Origin: Bacteriovoracia bacterium
GTDB lineage: Bacteria; Bdellovibrionota; Bacteriovoracia; Bacteriovoracales; Bacteriovoracaceae
DNA length: 64,000 nucleotides
Assembly (NCBI GenBank): GCA_046570105.1
Contig: JBKHVI010000009.1
Span: forward strand, 1 to 64,000
Direction of reading: 5' to 3'
Below the pieces are notes generated by a model, which saw only the letters and a list, made by a program, of their open reading frames with translations, was not told the origin of the DNA and made no database searches. The position numbers and the translations under genes are program-made. Shown piece by piece: positions 27,128 through 36,218 of this stretch (its first letter is position 1; every line of letters starts with the position of its first letter).

Positions 27128-27751
27128 ATGAAGACTGCTCACTGGGGATTGCCCGCACTTATTTTGCCGCAAGCACTTGCTCTAGGAGTGCTCTTGGCGG
27201 TGGCGCGTCCTCCACACGAGCTTTTCCAGGCCATCAAGCCAGCGAAGAAAGTCATGGCACCGATTGCTGTTGAATTGGAAGAGATTAAAGAAGAACTTCC
27301 GCCACCACTTCCGCCACTCGCGGGCCTGGCCGATAGTCTGGCTCCCGCAACTGCGGGTGGAAGCGATGGACTCGCAAGCCTTACTGCCGGTGTGGTGTCT
27401 GACGGCGCTGGTCCCGGTGGAGTCGCGATGGCCCAAGGAGAAGTGCGTGCTGAAGCTTTGGTGCAGGAAGGTTCAGATGAAACTCGCGCGCCAAAACTTA
27501 CTCGTTCATCGCCGCCTCAATATCCAAGCCTCGCCCAGTCGCAAGGAGTGACTGGTTATGTTCTGTTGAGAGTGCAGGTCTTGGCCGATGGGAAAGTAGG
27601 GGAGATGCAAGTTCTTGAAGCCAAACCACCTGGAGTATTTGAGGCAGCCGCAAAAAAAGCCGTTCGCACATGGAGTTATCAAGCTGGAATTGAACAAGGC
27701 AAACCTTCAGTCATGTGGGTCAAACACAAGGTGAACTTTGAACTGGATTAA
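27128..27751 (+). CDS. tonB: Energy transducer TonB
   Basis: N-terminal TM, Pro-rich linker, PPQYPSLAQSQGVTGYV..G.V, FEAAAKKAVRTWSY. Confidence 0.9.
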   Translation: MKTAHWGLPALILPQALALGVLLAVARPPHELFQAIKPAKKVMAPIAVELEEIKEELPPPLPPLAGLADSLAPATAGGSDGLASLTAGVVSDGAGPGGVAMAQGEVRAEALVQEGSDETRAPKLTRSSPPQYPSLAQSQGVTGYVLLRVQVLADGKVGEMQVLEAKPPGVFEAAAKKAVRTWSYQAGIEQGKPSVMWVKHKVNFELD

Positions 27752-28862
27752 AATTTTTATCTTATTATTCTCTTTTAGCGTGCGTGCAGCGCTCACTCCT
27801 GAGGAACTCAAAAGCTATGATGAGCTTGAAGGGGAGGCGTTTGTTTCACGCCTCACGCGTGATGGTAAATTTACTGAGGCCATTAAGGCCTATGATGATC
27901 TGTCAAAGTCTCTTCAGCAAAATCCCAAGGCGCTCTCAGCTCTTGGATATGCTTATGGAGGAGAAAAGAATTGGAAAAAGGCCCGTGAAGTTTTTCAACA
28001 AGGACTTGCTATACATCCTCAGTCTGAGGAACTCATGGCCGGTCTGGGTCTTGCTCATTTTAAATTAAAATCTCATTCAGAAGCTGTCCAAGGCCTTATG
28101 AAAGTAAGTGACAAACAATTAGAGTCTCGTCATTGGATGGCACTCTATCTTTCAGCACAATCCTCATCATTAGACTTAAAAGCAAAAGTTGCTTGGAGAA
28201 AGCCCTCAATCTCTAATGAAGAAGTCGAGTTAACTCGCTGGGCGCTTTTGATTGATGTCGGTCTTGTTCTCGAGGCTCAAAGCTATATCAGAAGCCTCAC
28301 ACAGACTTGTCGCCAACCAACATTCTATTCTCGGCTAGTTGATCAGTTTGAGAAAAAGAAAGTGAATAGTGATGAGATTGTTGAGCAAGCTTTGGCCTGC
28401 TATCCAAAGAATAGCGATATGCTTCTTTTAGCGATTCAACAAAACTATAAGGCTTCAAGACTTCACACTGTGGTTGAGCTATTCGAGCGTCTCGCCCTGC
28501 AAGACCAAGTTTATCATCACCACGTTGCCGAATTCATGGGAAGTCTTGGTAAAAAAGAGAGTACCGTCTATTGGCGCTCAACCACACCAGAAGAAAATTT
28601 GAGTTTTAAGGCGCGCGCCGCTCAATGGGTGAATGAAGCACGTTTTCCTCATGTGATGGCGATGCGTGCTCATGTAAGCGATAAACTTTATGATGATCCA
28701 CTCCGCTATGCCACCGGCTTTGCTTTTTTCAAATATAAACTCTTAGCTGAAATGCCCGCTCCTTTGCAGTTGCTCAAATCAGATACCCTTAAGAAGCAGG
28801 GGATGCAGCTCATTGAACTGGCGAAGATGTGTCGTGAACAAAGCTGGCAGTGTCGACCTTAG
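27738..28862 (+). CDS. Secreted TPR protein (TtpD-like)
   Basis: Signal peptide; ALSALGYAY...AREVFQQGL..HP, LGLAHF TPR motifs. Confidence 0.75.
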   Translation: MNWIKIFILLFSFSVRAALTPEELKSYDELEGEAFVSRLTRDGKFTEAIKAYDDLSKSLQQNPKALSALGYAYGGEKNWKKAREVFQQGLAIHPQSEELMAGLGLAHFKLKSHSEAVQGLMKVSDKQLESRHWMALYLSAQSSSLDLKAKVAWRKPSISNEEVELTRWALLIDVGLVLEAQSYIRSLTQTCRQPTFYSRLVDQFEKKKVNSDEIVEQALACYPKNSDMLLLAIQQNYKASRLHTVVELFERLALQDQVYHHHVAEFMGSLGKKESTVYWRSTTPEENLSFKARAAQWVNEARFPHVMAMRAHVSDKLYDDPLRYATGFAFFKYKLLAEMPAPLQLLKSDTLKKQGMQLIELAKMCREQSWQCRP

Positions 28863-29710
28863 CCTGGCACTTTTCCTTGTTTAAGCACTAATTGCAGATG
28901 AATAATATGATCGTTGTGTTTGGTATCTAACTCATCTGATGAGCGGATCATCTCAAGCACTAAATTGAGATGCGATTCTATTAGATTGAGATAGCGCCAC
29001 GAAATACGACGAATTTGCATGCGTTTGATAACAGGAGTGAGATTAAATTTCTCACCAAAACTCAAATCCCACTCATCCATTTTTTTATAGAGCTCTTTAA
29101 GTGAATCATCTTTCGGAAAGGTCACATCTGGAAAGGCCGCCTGGATTTTTTGATTCTGCAGAATAAGGATCTGTCCTTCTTCCATTTCATCAATGGCTTT
29201 TTGCAGTCCCGCATCTTTGATAAGTGATTTAAGCTCACTGAGTTCAATCGGTGTTCTGGCAAGCGTGAGCAGCACAAAGAGATGATAGTGTAATTGGCTG
29301 CGTCCGATGACATCGACTTGGCGAAGAGTAAGGCTTTTTCTATCCAGCACAATTTTGGGCTCTTCCTTCTTTTTCAGCTTCACCAGATCATCGACTGGAA
29401 AGAGATGGTCATAATCAGGGAATTGATCTTGGCAAAAGGCCTTCACCAGTTCCTCACCCAAATGAGTTTTAATAATTTGTGCCATCTGATGAACAATTTC
29501 AGCGGATGGCAGAAGCTTGGCTTGCAAAATCCGCATGAAGTAAGGGTAATTGCACTCAAGGCCCCCACGAATTAATTCCTGGTGAAAAGACTTGGCCGAA
29601 TAGTGGCCTTGTAGCGTTTGGATTTCTTTGAGCTTATGCGCCAGCTTCCCCATAAGTCTCTTGTCGGTAGATAGTCTAAAAACTTGAGACTTTGCTGGAG
29701 GCTTTTGCAC
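28859..29710 (-). CDS. Putative HTH DNA-binding protein, TIGR02147/DUF4423-like
   Basis: YSAKSF...YFMRILQAKLLPS HTH-like N-terminus, winged-helix-like middle; divergent from a secreted-protein gene. Confidence 0.5.
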   Translation of the reverse strand: MQKPPAKSQVFRLSTDKRLMGKLAHKLKEIQTLQGHYSAKSFHQELIRGGLECNYPYFMRILQAKLLPSAEIVHQMAQIIKTHLGEELVKAFCQDQFPDYDHLFPVDDLVKLKKKEEPKIVLDRKSLTLRQVDVIGRSQLHYHLFVLLTLARTPIELSELKSLIKDAGLQKAIDEMEEGQILILQNQKIQAAFPDVTFPKDDSLKELYKKMDEWDLSFGEKFNLTPVIKRMQIRRISWRYLNLIESHLNLVLEMIRSSDELDTKHNDHIIHLQLVLKQGKVPG

Positions 29711-29743
29711 AAGTAAAACGGCTCAACTTCAAAAAGGGTGCTT

Positions 29744-30139
29744 ATGCTCAAGCTTCTCGCCTTGTTCCTCATGCTCACAACCACAGCTTTTGCTTATGGT
29801 GACGGTAATGGAATTGAGCGCGGGTCATACCGAGGCGAAAACCTTGCAGCACAAATTCCTACATACATTCTCGATATGATTGAGAAGAAGATGCTGAAAA
29901 ATTGCGACACTTCTCGTCTTTCAGTTATTCGAGTTGAGAGTGTTGAAATTCAGAAAGTAGTACTTGATCAGAATTTTGCTGATACCAGCTATACTGTCGT
30001 GTTGTGGGCCCCAGGAGATGACCAAGATAAGCGTGAGCGTATTTATGTAAACGTTTATGAGTTCTCGTTAGGTCTCGTTTACGAAGAAAACAAAACAATC
30101 ACTATCGACGTTGTCTCTGATGACGTCTATTGCGAATAG
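29744..30139 (+). CDS. Secreted hypothetical protein
   Basis: Signal peptide ending AFA; GDGNG motif; two Cys. Confidence 0.7.
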   Translation: MLKLLALFLMLTTTAFAYGDGNGIERGSYRGENLAAQIPTYILDMIEKKMLKNCDTSRLSVIRVESVEIQKVVLDQNFADTSYTVVLWAPGDDQDKRERIYVNVYEFSLGLVYEENKTITIDVVSDDVYCE

Positions 30140-30172
30140 CTCTCTTTCTTTCTTTCTTTCCCCCCTAATGCA

Positions 30173-30206
30173 AGAAGGCCCGCAAGATGCGGGCCTTCTG
30201 CTTTTT
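30173..30206 (+). terminator. Intrinsic terminator between convergent genes
   Basis: AGAAGGCCCGCA-AGA-TGCGGGCCTTCT 12-bp stem followed by GCTTTTT. Confidence 0.85.
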
Positions 30207-30222
30207 AAGCTATATATTTCGA

Positions 30223-30594
30223 CTAAGCTTGGCGGAAGATTTGGGCTTCGGCGCGCTCTTTTTCCTCAGCATGCACGATGCAGAGTTCGGCCCATGGCTG
30301 ATTCTCTAAGCGCTTCATGCCAATCTCATCGTCACACTCTTCACAATGACCGAAGGTGCCATCAGAAACACGCTCAAGTGCCATATCAATACGACGAAGT
30401 TTTAAAATCTCACGATCGCGAATCGAGCAGGAGATCTGCTGAGAGATAAGCGAGGTCGCAAGATCCGTCTCATCCGAGAGATCCTCTTCAGAGATGTGTA
30501 AGTCTTCTGAATTATTTAAAAGACCTCCACTCATGACCTGCTGGCGATGCTTAAGAAGTATCGCTTTGAAGTGTTCTAGCTTTTTCTTGTCCAT
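30223..30594 (-). CDS. dksA: DksA/TraR family transcription factor
   Basis: DETDLA coiled-coil tip, IDMALERV..GTFG.CEEC..EI..KRLE..P.A.LCIVH; AAGGAG SD. Confidence 0.88.
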   Translation of the reverse strand: MDKKKLEHFKAILLKHRQQVMSGGLLNNSEDLHISEEDLSDETDLATSLISQQISCSIRDREILKLRRIDMALERVSDGTFGHCEECDDEIGMKRLENQPWAELCIVHAEEKERAEAQIFRQA

Positions 30595-30682
30595 AAAGAC
30601 TCCTTCTTCCAATCACTTATCTCAGTAATCCCCTGACCCATCTATTCTAAGGGGTGACAGGGTTCACCTCAAGTGACCTGCC

Positions 30683-30710
30683 TTATCGGCAAGAAAGACC
30701 TAAAACTTCA
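30683..30710 (-). promoter_or_regulatory. Sigma28 (FliA)-type promoter upstream of dksA
   Basis: TGAA(GTTT) N16 GCCGATAA. Confidence 0.65.
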
Positions 30711-30813
30711 CCTTTTAAGGGTAAAAAATTACTCAAACGGCCTAGTTGTTTTGACAGGAATGGGGGTGCCTCGTTAAGGTGGCATTAGGACACACATTTA
30801 CTAAGGGCTGACC

Positions 30814-32229
30814 TTGCATTTAACCAAGGCCACATGGCTTCATTTGCTGCCGCTTGCCCTGACCTTATTGGTCGGGCTGGGCTGTGGAAAGAAAGCAGAG
30901 ATAAACAAACGCGACCCAGTTCGTACTGTCGATCCTATTAATGGTGAGATGGAAGCGCTATTGATGAAGCAGACGGTGGATTGTGACAATGGTCTCGCCT
31001 GTCCTGGTGGCATGGCGAAAGTGGCCATCGTCGACAAAAACAAACTTAAATTCTGTACTGGTTTTTTGGTCAACTCAGTGACTTTGGCGACATCTTCATC
31101 TTGTCTGACTCAGAGTTTGCGTCTGGCGACGGAAGAGAGTCGCTGCCAAAAAGATGTTCATGTGTTTTTTGCCCGCTCTGGTTTCAGCGAGTCTCGTCGT
31201 GTCGGTTGTAAACGATTGCTACTCGCAAGTCAGATTCCAGGCAATGACCCTATTTTATGGCGCAATGACATTAGCTATATCGAATTGAGTGAGCCGGTTT
31301 ATCGCCGTTCATTTAGATTGAGTCGTGACGCTACCGAAGACAGAAAATATCTTACCATGTGGAAAGTTGATGCAGATAACGATGAAGTTGGCGTTATCCG
31401 TAAGCAAGACTGCCAAATCGTTTTGAATAGTTATGTGAATCCCATTTCTAACACTGGTTTCTCGCCCGTGATGACTTTGAGTGGCTGTGATTTCAAAAAG
31501 GGTAACACCGGTTCAATCCTCTTGAGTCCGCAGGGCCGCTGGAGAGGGATGGTATCTCAGCCAGTGGATAAAACCTTAGTCGATTTTCTCAATAACTCAG
31601 GCCTTATGGTCGAACCTTTGGCCTCATTGGTTCACGCCTCGAGTGCTGCTTGTCTCCCATCTGTACTCGAAAGTGATCCGGTTACTGAACGTGATTGCTT
31701 TAAAGATTTAGATTATCGCCAAGTCGATCGTCAGCGCTCAGATATGCTGAATACAGAAGCTCCATACCAAGATGCCAGAGCCGAAATTGCCAAAGAAGTG
31801 AATACTCTGCGTCCGTATTTCAAGTGGGATGCTCAGCTAGTAAAAAATCAAAATGAAGCCAGCTATGGAATAAAGCTTGTGCCAGTTTGTATGAACAATA
31901 TCAAAGCTTGGATTGATCAAGTTGGCCGTGGAACAAAACGCTACACCTACTCGATGGTTTTGCCGGCATGGAAACTTACTTTGGGTTTTGATCGCGGGGC
32001 CCGTCTAGTGAGTCGAGTTGAAACTGATGTAATGAATAAAATTTTTGTTCAATTCTCTCCGCGCATGGCTTGGAACACTGGGGACACGAATGTGTTTGTC
32101 TGGGCGGAAGGAAATCCAAGCACAGTCTATGATGATATTAAAGCATGCCCAGCAACTGATGAAGCTACTGTTTCAGCTGACGCCACGATTTCCCTGCACG
32201 ATTTGAACGCTTCCTTTGCCACTCGTTAA
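30814..32229 (+). CDS. Lipoprotein with degenerate trypsin-like domain
   Basis: Lipobox LGC; FCTGFLV...LATSSSC, NDISYIEL, CDFKKGNTGS. Confidence 0.7.
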   Translation: MHLTKATWLHLLPLALTLLVGLGCGKKAEINKRDPVRTVDPINGEMEALLMKQTVDCDNGLACPGGMAKVAIVDKNKLKFCTGFLVNSVTLATSSSCLTQSLRLATEESRCQKDVHVFFARSGFSESRRVGCKRLLLASQIPGNDPILWRNDISYIELSEPVYRRSFRLSRDATEDRKYLTMWKVDADNDEVGVIRKQDCQIVLNSYVNPISNTGFSPVMTLSGCDFKKGNTGSILLSPQGRWRGMVSQPVDKTLVDFLNNSGLMVEPLASLVHASSAACLPSVLESDPVTERDCFKDLDYRQVDRQRSDMLNTEAPYQDARAEIAKEVNTLRPYFKWDAQLVKNQNEASYGIKLVPVCMNNIKAWIDQVGRGTKRYTYSMVLPAWKLTLGFDRGARLVSRVETDVMNKIFVQFSPRMAWNTGDTNVFVWAEGNPSTVYDDIKACPATDEATVSADATISLHDLNASFATR

Positions 32230-33193
32230 CTGCCTCCACATGATCTTTATAGCTTTTGGTAAAGACATGAGTTCCATCATTCTTTGATACAAAAAATAAA
32301 AATTCGGTCTCTGCTGGATTCATCACAGCTTGAATGGCTTCAAGGCTGGGATTGGCAATTGGCCCCAAGGGGAGCCTGGGAATTTTATAAGTGTTGTAAG
32401 GAGTCAGACGTAGCAGATCATCCTTGCGGATATTTCCGTTATAGTTTTCCCAAATGCCGTAGATCGTTGTGGGGTCACTTTCTAGTCGCATGCGTTTTCT
32501 TAAACGATTTAAAAATACTGATGCAATTTGAGGTCGCTCTTCTTTAGCACCCGTTTCTTTTTCAACAACCGATGCCAAAATCACCACTTCATGAGGCTTT
32601 AAGAAGGGATGACCTTCAGCAATGGTTCCGACTTTTCGACGAAACAGTTGCACCATGCTAGTGAGAATTTCTCGCTCAGAAGTTCCTGGTGCAAATTTAT
32701 AGGTTTCGGGGAAGAGGTAGCCTTCAAGGGTCGGACCCTCAACGCCTAGGCTCTGAATGAAGCTCGGGTCTTTCATGAGATCAATGAAACTCGCTTTAGT
32801 TCCAAATCCCGCTTCTTCTAGAAGGGTCGCGACTTGATACATGTTGCGACCTTCTGGAATGGTCACGCCACTCAAGTTCGGTTGCCCATAGACGAGAACA
32901 TCGAGGACTTGAGGCATAGTAGAATTACTTGGAATTGTGAATGGACCAGCTCTCAGTTTTTCCATCACTTGTTTATAACGGGCCATCCAGTGAAACAAAC
33001 GTGGATTAGAAATAATTCCTTGTTGGCTTAAGCGCGCATTCACTTGTCCGAAAGTATCTCCAGGACGAACAGTGAATACGACTTCAGGTCCTTGGTATTT
33101 TTGTTGGTATAAAAACCAAACGGTCACTCCAATCAAAAGAGCAGCGGTCAGTGGTGCTACCACCAAGGTGAAGAGCAGAGTTTTTTTAATCAT
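32165..33193 (-). CDS. mltG: Endolytic transglycosylase MltG
   Basis: TIPEG, LEGYLFPETY, LASVVEKET, LESDPT, PYNTY, LPLGPIANP. Confidence 0.96.
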   Translation of the reverse strand: MIKKTLLFTLVVAPLTAALLIGVTVWFLYQQKYQGPEVVFTVRPGDTFGQVNARLSQQGIISNPRLFHWMARYKQVMEKLRAGPFTIPSNSTMPQVLDVLVYGQPNLSGVTIPEGRNMYQVATLLEEAGFGTKASFIDLMKDPSFIQSLGVEGPTLEGYLFPETYKFAPGTSEREILTSMVQLFRRKVGTIAEGHPFLKPHEVVILASVVEKETGAKEERPQIASVFLNRLRKRMRLESDPTTIYGIWENYNGNIRKDDLLRLTPYNTYKIPRLPLGPIANPSLEAIQAVMNPAETEFLFFVSKNDGTHVFTKSYKDHVEAVNEWQRKRSNRAGKSWRQLKQ

Positions 33194-33200
33194 GGATTAA

Positions 33201-33644
33201 TTATAAATCGGAGACGCCTTGCGCGCGTAAAAAATCTTCTAAGATAACAGTCGCTGAAACGGCATCTATCTCGGACAAGTTCACTTGGAAATTATAACGA
33301 GGGGAGCGCTTCATACGTTCTTCAGCTTCATAAGTAGAGAGAGTCTCGTCTTGCTCATGAATGCGCAGTGGGCAAACTTTGACGAGTTCATTCAAGAACT
33401 CACGGGCCTTATGAGTCGAAGAGCCGGCCTTACCATCGGTTAAAAATGGCACACCCACCACCACTTCATCGATTGATTCATTATCAAAAATCTTTTTGAG
33501 TTCGCGCCACACATCAGGAAAAGCCCCACCTTTAATGCGGCCGTAAGCGAGAATCATGGGATCAAAACCCACATGGTGAGTGGCGATACCAATAAACTTT
33601 TCGCCCCAATCAATTGCTAAGACTCGTCGTCCATGTAAATCCAT
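33201..33644 (-). CDS. ruvX: RuvX/YqgF nuclease
   Basis: LAIDWGEKFIGIA, VVGVP, DETLST, IDAVSATVILE. Confidence 0.92.
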   Translation of the reverse strand: MDLHGRRVLAIDWGEKFIGIATHHVGFDPMILAYGRIKGGAFPDVWRELKKIFDNESIDEVVVGVPFLTDGKAGSSTHKAREFLNELVKVCPLRIHEQDETLSTYEAEERMKRSPRYNFQVNLSEIDAVSATVILEDFLRAQGVSDL

Positions 33645-33653
33645 AGTGTCGTT

Positions 33654-34715
33654 CTACACTGCCATCTCAAGGGCGTCAAAAGAGAGCTGAGGGTTCTCTT
33701 CTGCAGGACAAAATCGCACGCCAACTCCCAAGAGTCGCACAGGTGAGGGGTCACGTGTCCATCGTTCAAGATGAAGACTCCATGCTGTATCTAGGTCCAC
33801 TAAACTTCCGGCCCGCTCAATGGTGGTTTGTCTGAAGTCATGGTATTTGATTTTTACTTGCAGACCATGGACTTTTTTATCAGAGTACTCCACCAGTGAT
33901 CCTTGCAAATCTTCCACTAGCTCATGCAAGGCCAATTTCATCTCATCGGGATCAGAGAGATCCTTGGCAAAAGTTGTTTCAACACTCAGGCTTTTGCGCT
34001 CCCATTCCGTAACAATTTCTCGCTCATCAATCCCGCGACACGCTTCAAAAAGCATATCGCCCAAGCGGCCCAGACGAGCCACTAATTCAAAACGTGAAAG
34101 TGGAAGAATATCTTTGCAGGTGAGAAAGCCCAGTTGTTTAAGATAGTCCGCTGTGACTTTTCCTACACCATGAATTTTAGCCAGTGGAAGATCATACATA
34201 AAAGCGGCTACATCTTTGGGTGCCACTGTACATTGCCCATTGGGTTTGTTGCGTTCACAGGCGAGTTTTGCCAGTAGTTTATTAGGAGCAATACCAGCAG
34301 ATGCTGTTAATTGAGTTTTGGCAAAGATCTCTGCACGGATTTTTTCTGCCAAAAGAGTGGCACTACCATGAGGAAGATCGGCATCAGTTACATCAAGATA
34401 GGCTTCATCAATTGAAACCGACTGAACCTGATCAGTGTATTGATGGAAGATATCAAAAACAATCGCTGATGCTTCAGAATATTTGCGAGAGCTGTGTCCC
34501 ACCACGACGAGGTTGGGACAAAGCTTTAAGGCCAGACCTGTTGCCATGGCCGAGCGCACGCCGAATTTGCGGGCCGGGTAGTTGCAAGTCGAGATCACTC
34601 CACGGCGAGCGGCAGAGCCTCCGACCGCCAGCGGAACATTTTTAAGGGCGGGATTTTCTCGCATTTCCACGGCAGCGAAGAAGCAGTCCATGTCGATGTG
34701 AATTATTTTTCGCAT
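33654..34715 (-). CDS. dinB: DNA polymerase IV
   Basis: MRKIIHIDMDCFFAAVE, NYPARKFGVRSAM, SIDEAYLD, GIAPNKLLAK, VRLLGV. Confidence 0.97.
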   Translation of the reverse strand: MRKIIHIDMDCFFAAVEMRENPALKNVPLAVGGSAARRGVISTCNYPARKFGVRSAMATGLALKLCPNLVVVGHSSRKYSEASAIVFDIFHQYTDQVQSVSIDEAYLDVTDADLPHGSATLLAEKIRAEIFAKTQLTASAGIAPNKLLAKLACERNKPNGQCTVAPKDVAAFMYDLPLAKIHGVGKVTADYLKQLGFLTCKDILPLSRFELVARLGRLGDMLFEACRGIDEREIVTEWERKSLSVETTFAKDLSDPDEMKLALHELVEDLQGSLVEYSDKKVHGLQVKIKYHDFRQTTIERAGSLVDLDTAWSLHLERWTRDPSPVRLLGVGVRFCPAEENPQLSFDALEMAV

Positions 34716-34721
34716 GAATTG

Positions 34722-34750
34722 ATTATACGGAAAAGGTACGGATGAGGCAA
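34722..34750 (-). promoter_or_regulatory. Sigma70 promoter giving a probable leaderless dinB mRNA
   Basis: TTGCCT N17 TATAAT N6 ATG(34715); no SD. Confidence 0.7.
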
Positions 34751-34969
34751 TAGACATAACATGCCGTAATAACAGGAGTGCTCGCAATTCAGGCTTTACG
34801 AGTTGATTGACAAAAGACCGTTCGCACTTCAAAATAAACTCATTCGGTCATTCAACCGCGCTCGCTGCTCCCGATAAATTTGGCGCATAAAATTACCCCA
34901 ATCATTTCCATACATGATGAATTTCGAACCTATATTTGTTTTTGTTATTAAGTCTCAGCAGGAGAACCC

Positions 34970-36217
34970 ATGCACTTAAGTGAAATGCGCGAAAAAGACA
35001 TCGAAGAATTAACCAAGATGGCGGAAGAAGCTCAGATCGAGAACCCCGCTAACCTCAAAAAACATGAATTGATCTTCGCTCTTCTGACCAAGAAGGCCAA
35101 AGACAATATCGAAATTTTTGGTGACGGTGTTTTGGAAATTCTCCCCGATGGTTTCGGTTTCTTGCGTTCTCCTTCATACAACTATCTTCCAGGTGCCGAT
35201 GATATTTATGTCAGCCCATCACAGATTCGCCGCTTCGGTCTTCGTACCGGTGACACCATTGAAGGCCAGATTCGTCCACCTAAAGAAGGCGAGCGCTACT
35301 TTGCTCTTTTGAAAGTTGATCACATCAACTACCAGTCACCAGACAATCGTCGTACCACCGTTCTCTTTGATAACTTAACTCCGCTCTATCCAAACAAGCG
35401 CATCAATCTAGAAAACAAACCTAATAGTTACTCGACGCGAGTGATTGATTTGTTTGTGCCACAAGGTTTCGGTCAGCGCTGTTTGATCGTCGCTCCTCCC
35501 AAGGCCGGTAAAACGGTTCTTATGCAGGATATTGCCAACGCTATTGCGGACAATCACCCAGAAGTAAAACTCATCGTGCTTTTGATCGATGAGCGTCCGG
35601 AAGAAGTAACCGACATGAAGCGCACCGTGCGTGCTGAAGTTGTTTCATCAACGTTTGATGAACCGGCGACTCGTCACGTTCAGGTAGCCGAAATGGTCAT
35701 CGAGAAAGCCAAGCGTTTGGTCGAAGCTAAGCAGCACGTAGTAATTCTCTTGGATTCAATCACGCGTCTTGCTCGTGCTTACAATACTGTCGTTCCACCA
35801 TCTGGTAAGATTCTCTCTGGTGGTGTGGATTCGAACGCACTTCATAAGCCAAAGCGCTTCTTTGGTGCCGCTCGTAATATCGAGAATGGCGGATCACTCA
35901 CTATCATTGCCACATCATTGATTGATACAGGATCAAGAATGGATGAAGTTATCTTTGAAGAATTCAAAGGTACCGGTAACTCTGAAATTCAACTTGATCG
36001 CAAACTCATGGAGAAACGTATCTTCCCATGTCTTGATATCAACAAGTCGAGCACTCGTAAGGAAGACCTCTTGATGGATCAGAAAGATCTTCAACGTGTC
36101 TTCGTTCTTCGTCGTGTTCTTCAACCGATGAACACGATGGATTCGATGGAATTTATCCTTGAGCGTATCAAGGATACCAAAACCAATATCGCCTTCCTTG
36201 ATAAGATGAACGGCTAA
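34970..36217 (+). CDS. rho: Transcription termination factor Rho
   Basis: [44 protein letters not shown]. Confidence 0.98.
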   Translation: MHLSEMREKDIEELTKMAEEAQIENPANLKKHELIFALLTKKAKDNIEIFGDGVLEILPDGFGFLRSPSYNYLPGADDIYVSPSQIRRFGLRTGDTIEGQIRPPKEGERYFALLKVDHINYQSPDNRRTTVLFDNLTPLYPNKRINLENKPNSYSTRVIDLFVPQGFGQRCLIVAPPKAGKTVLMQDIANAIADNHPEVKLIVLLIDERPEEVTDMKRTVRAEVVSSTFDEPATRHVQVAEMVIEKAKRLVEAKQHVVILLDSITRLARAYNTVVPPSGKILSGGVDSNALHKPKRFFGAARNIENGGSLTIIATSLIDTGSRMDEVIFEEFKGTGNSEIQLDRKLMEKRIFPCLDINKSSTRKEDLLMDQKDLQRVFVLRRVLQPMNTMDSMEFILERIKDTKTNIAFLDKMNG

Positions 36218-36218
36218 T

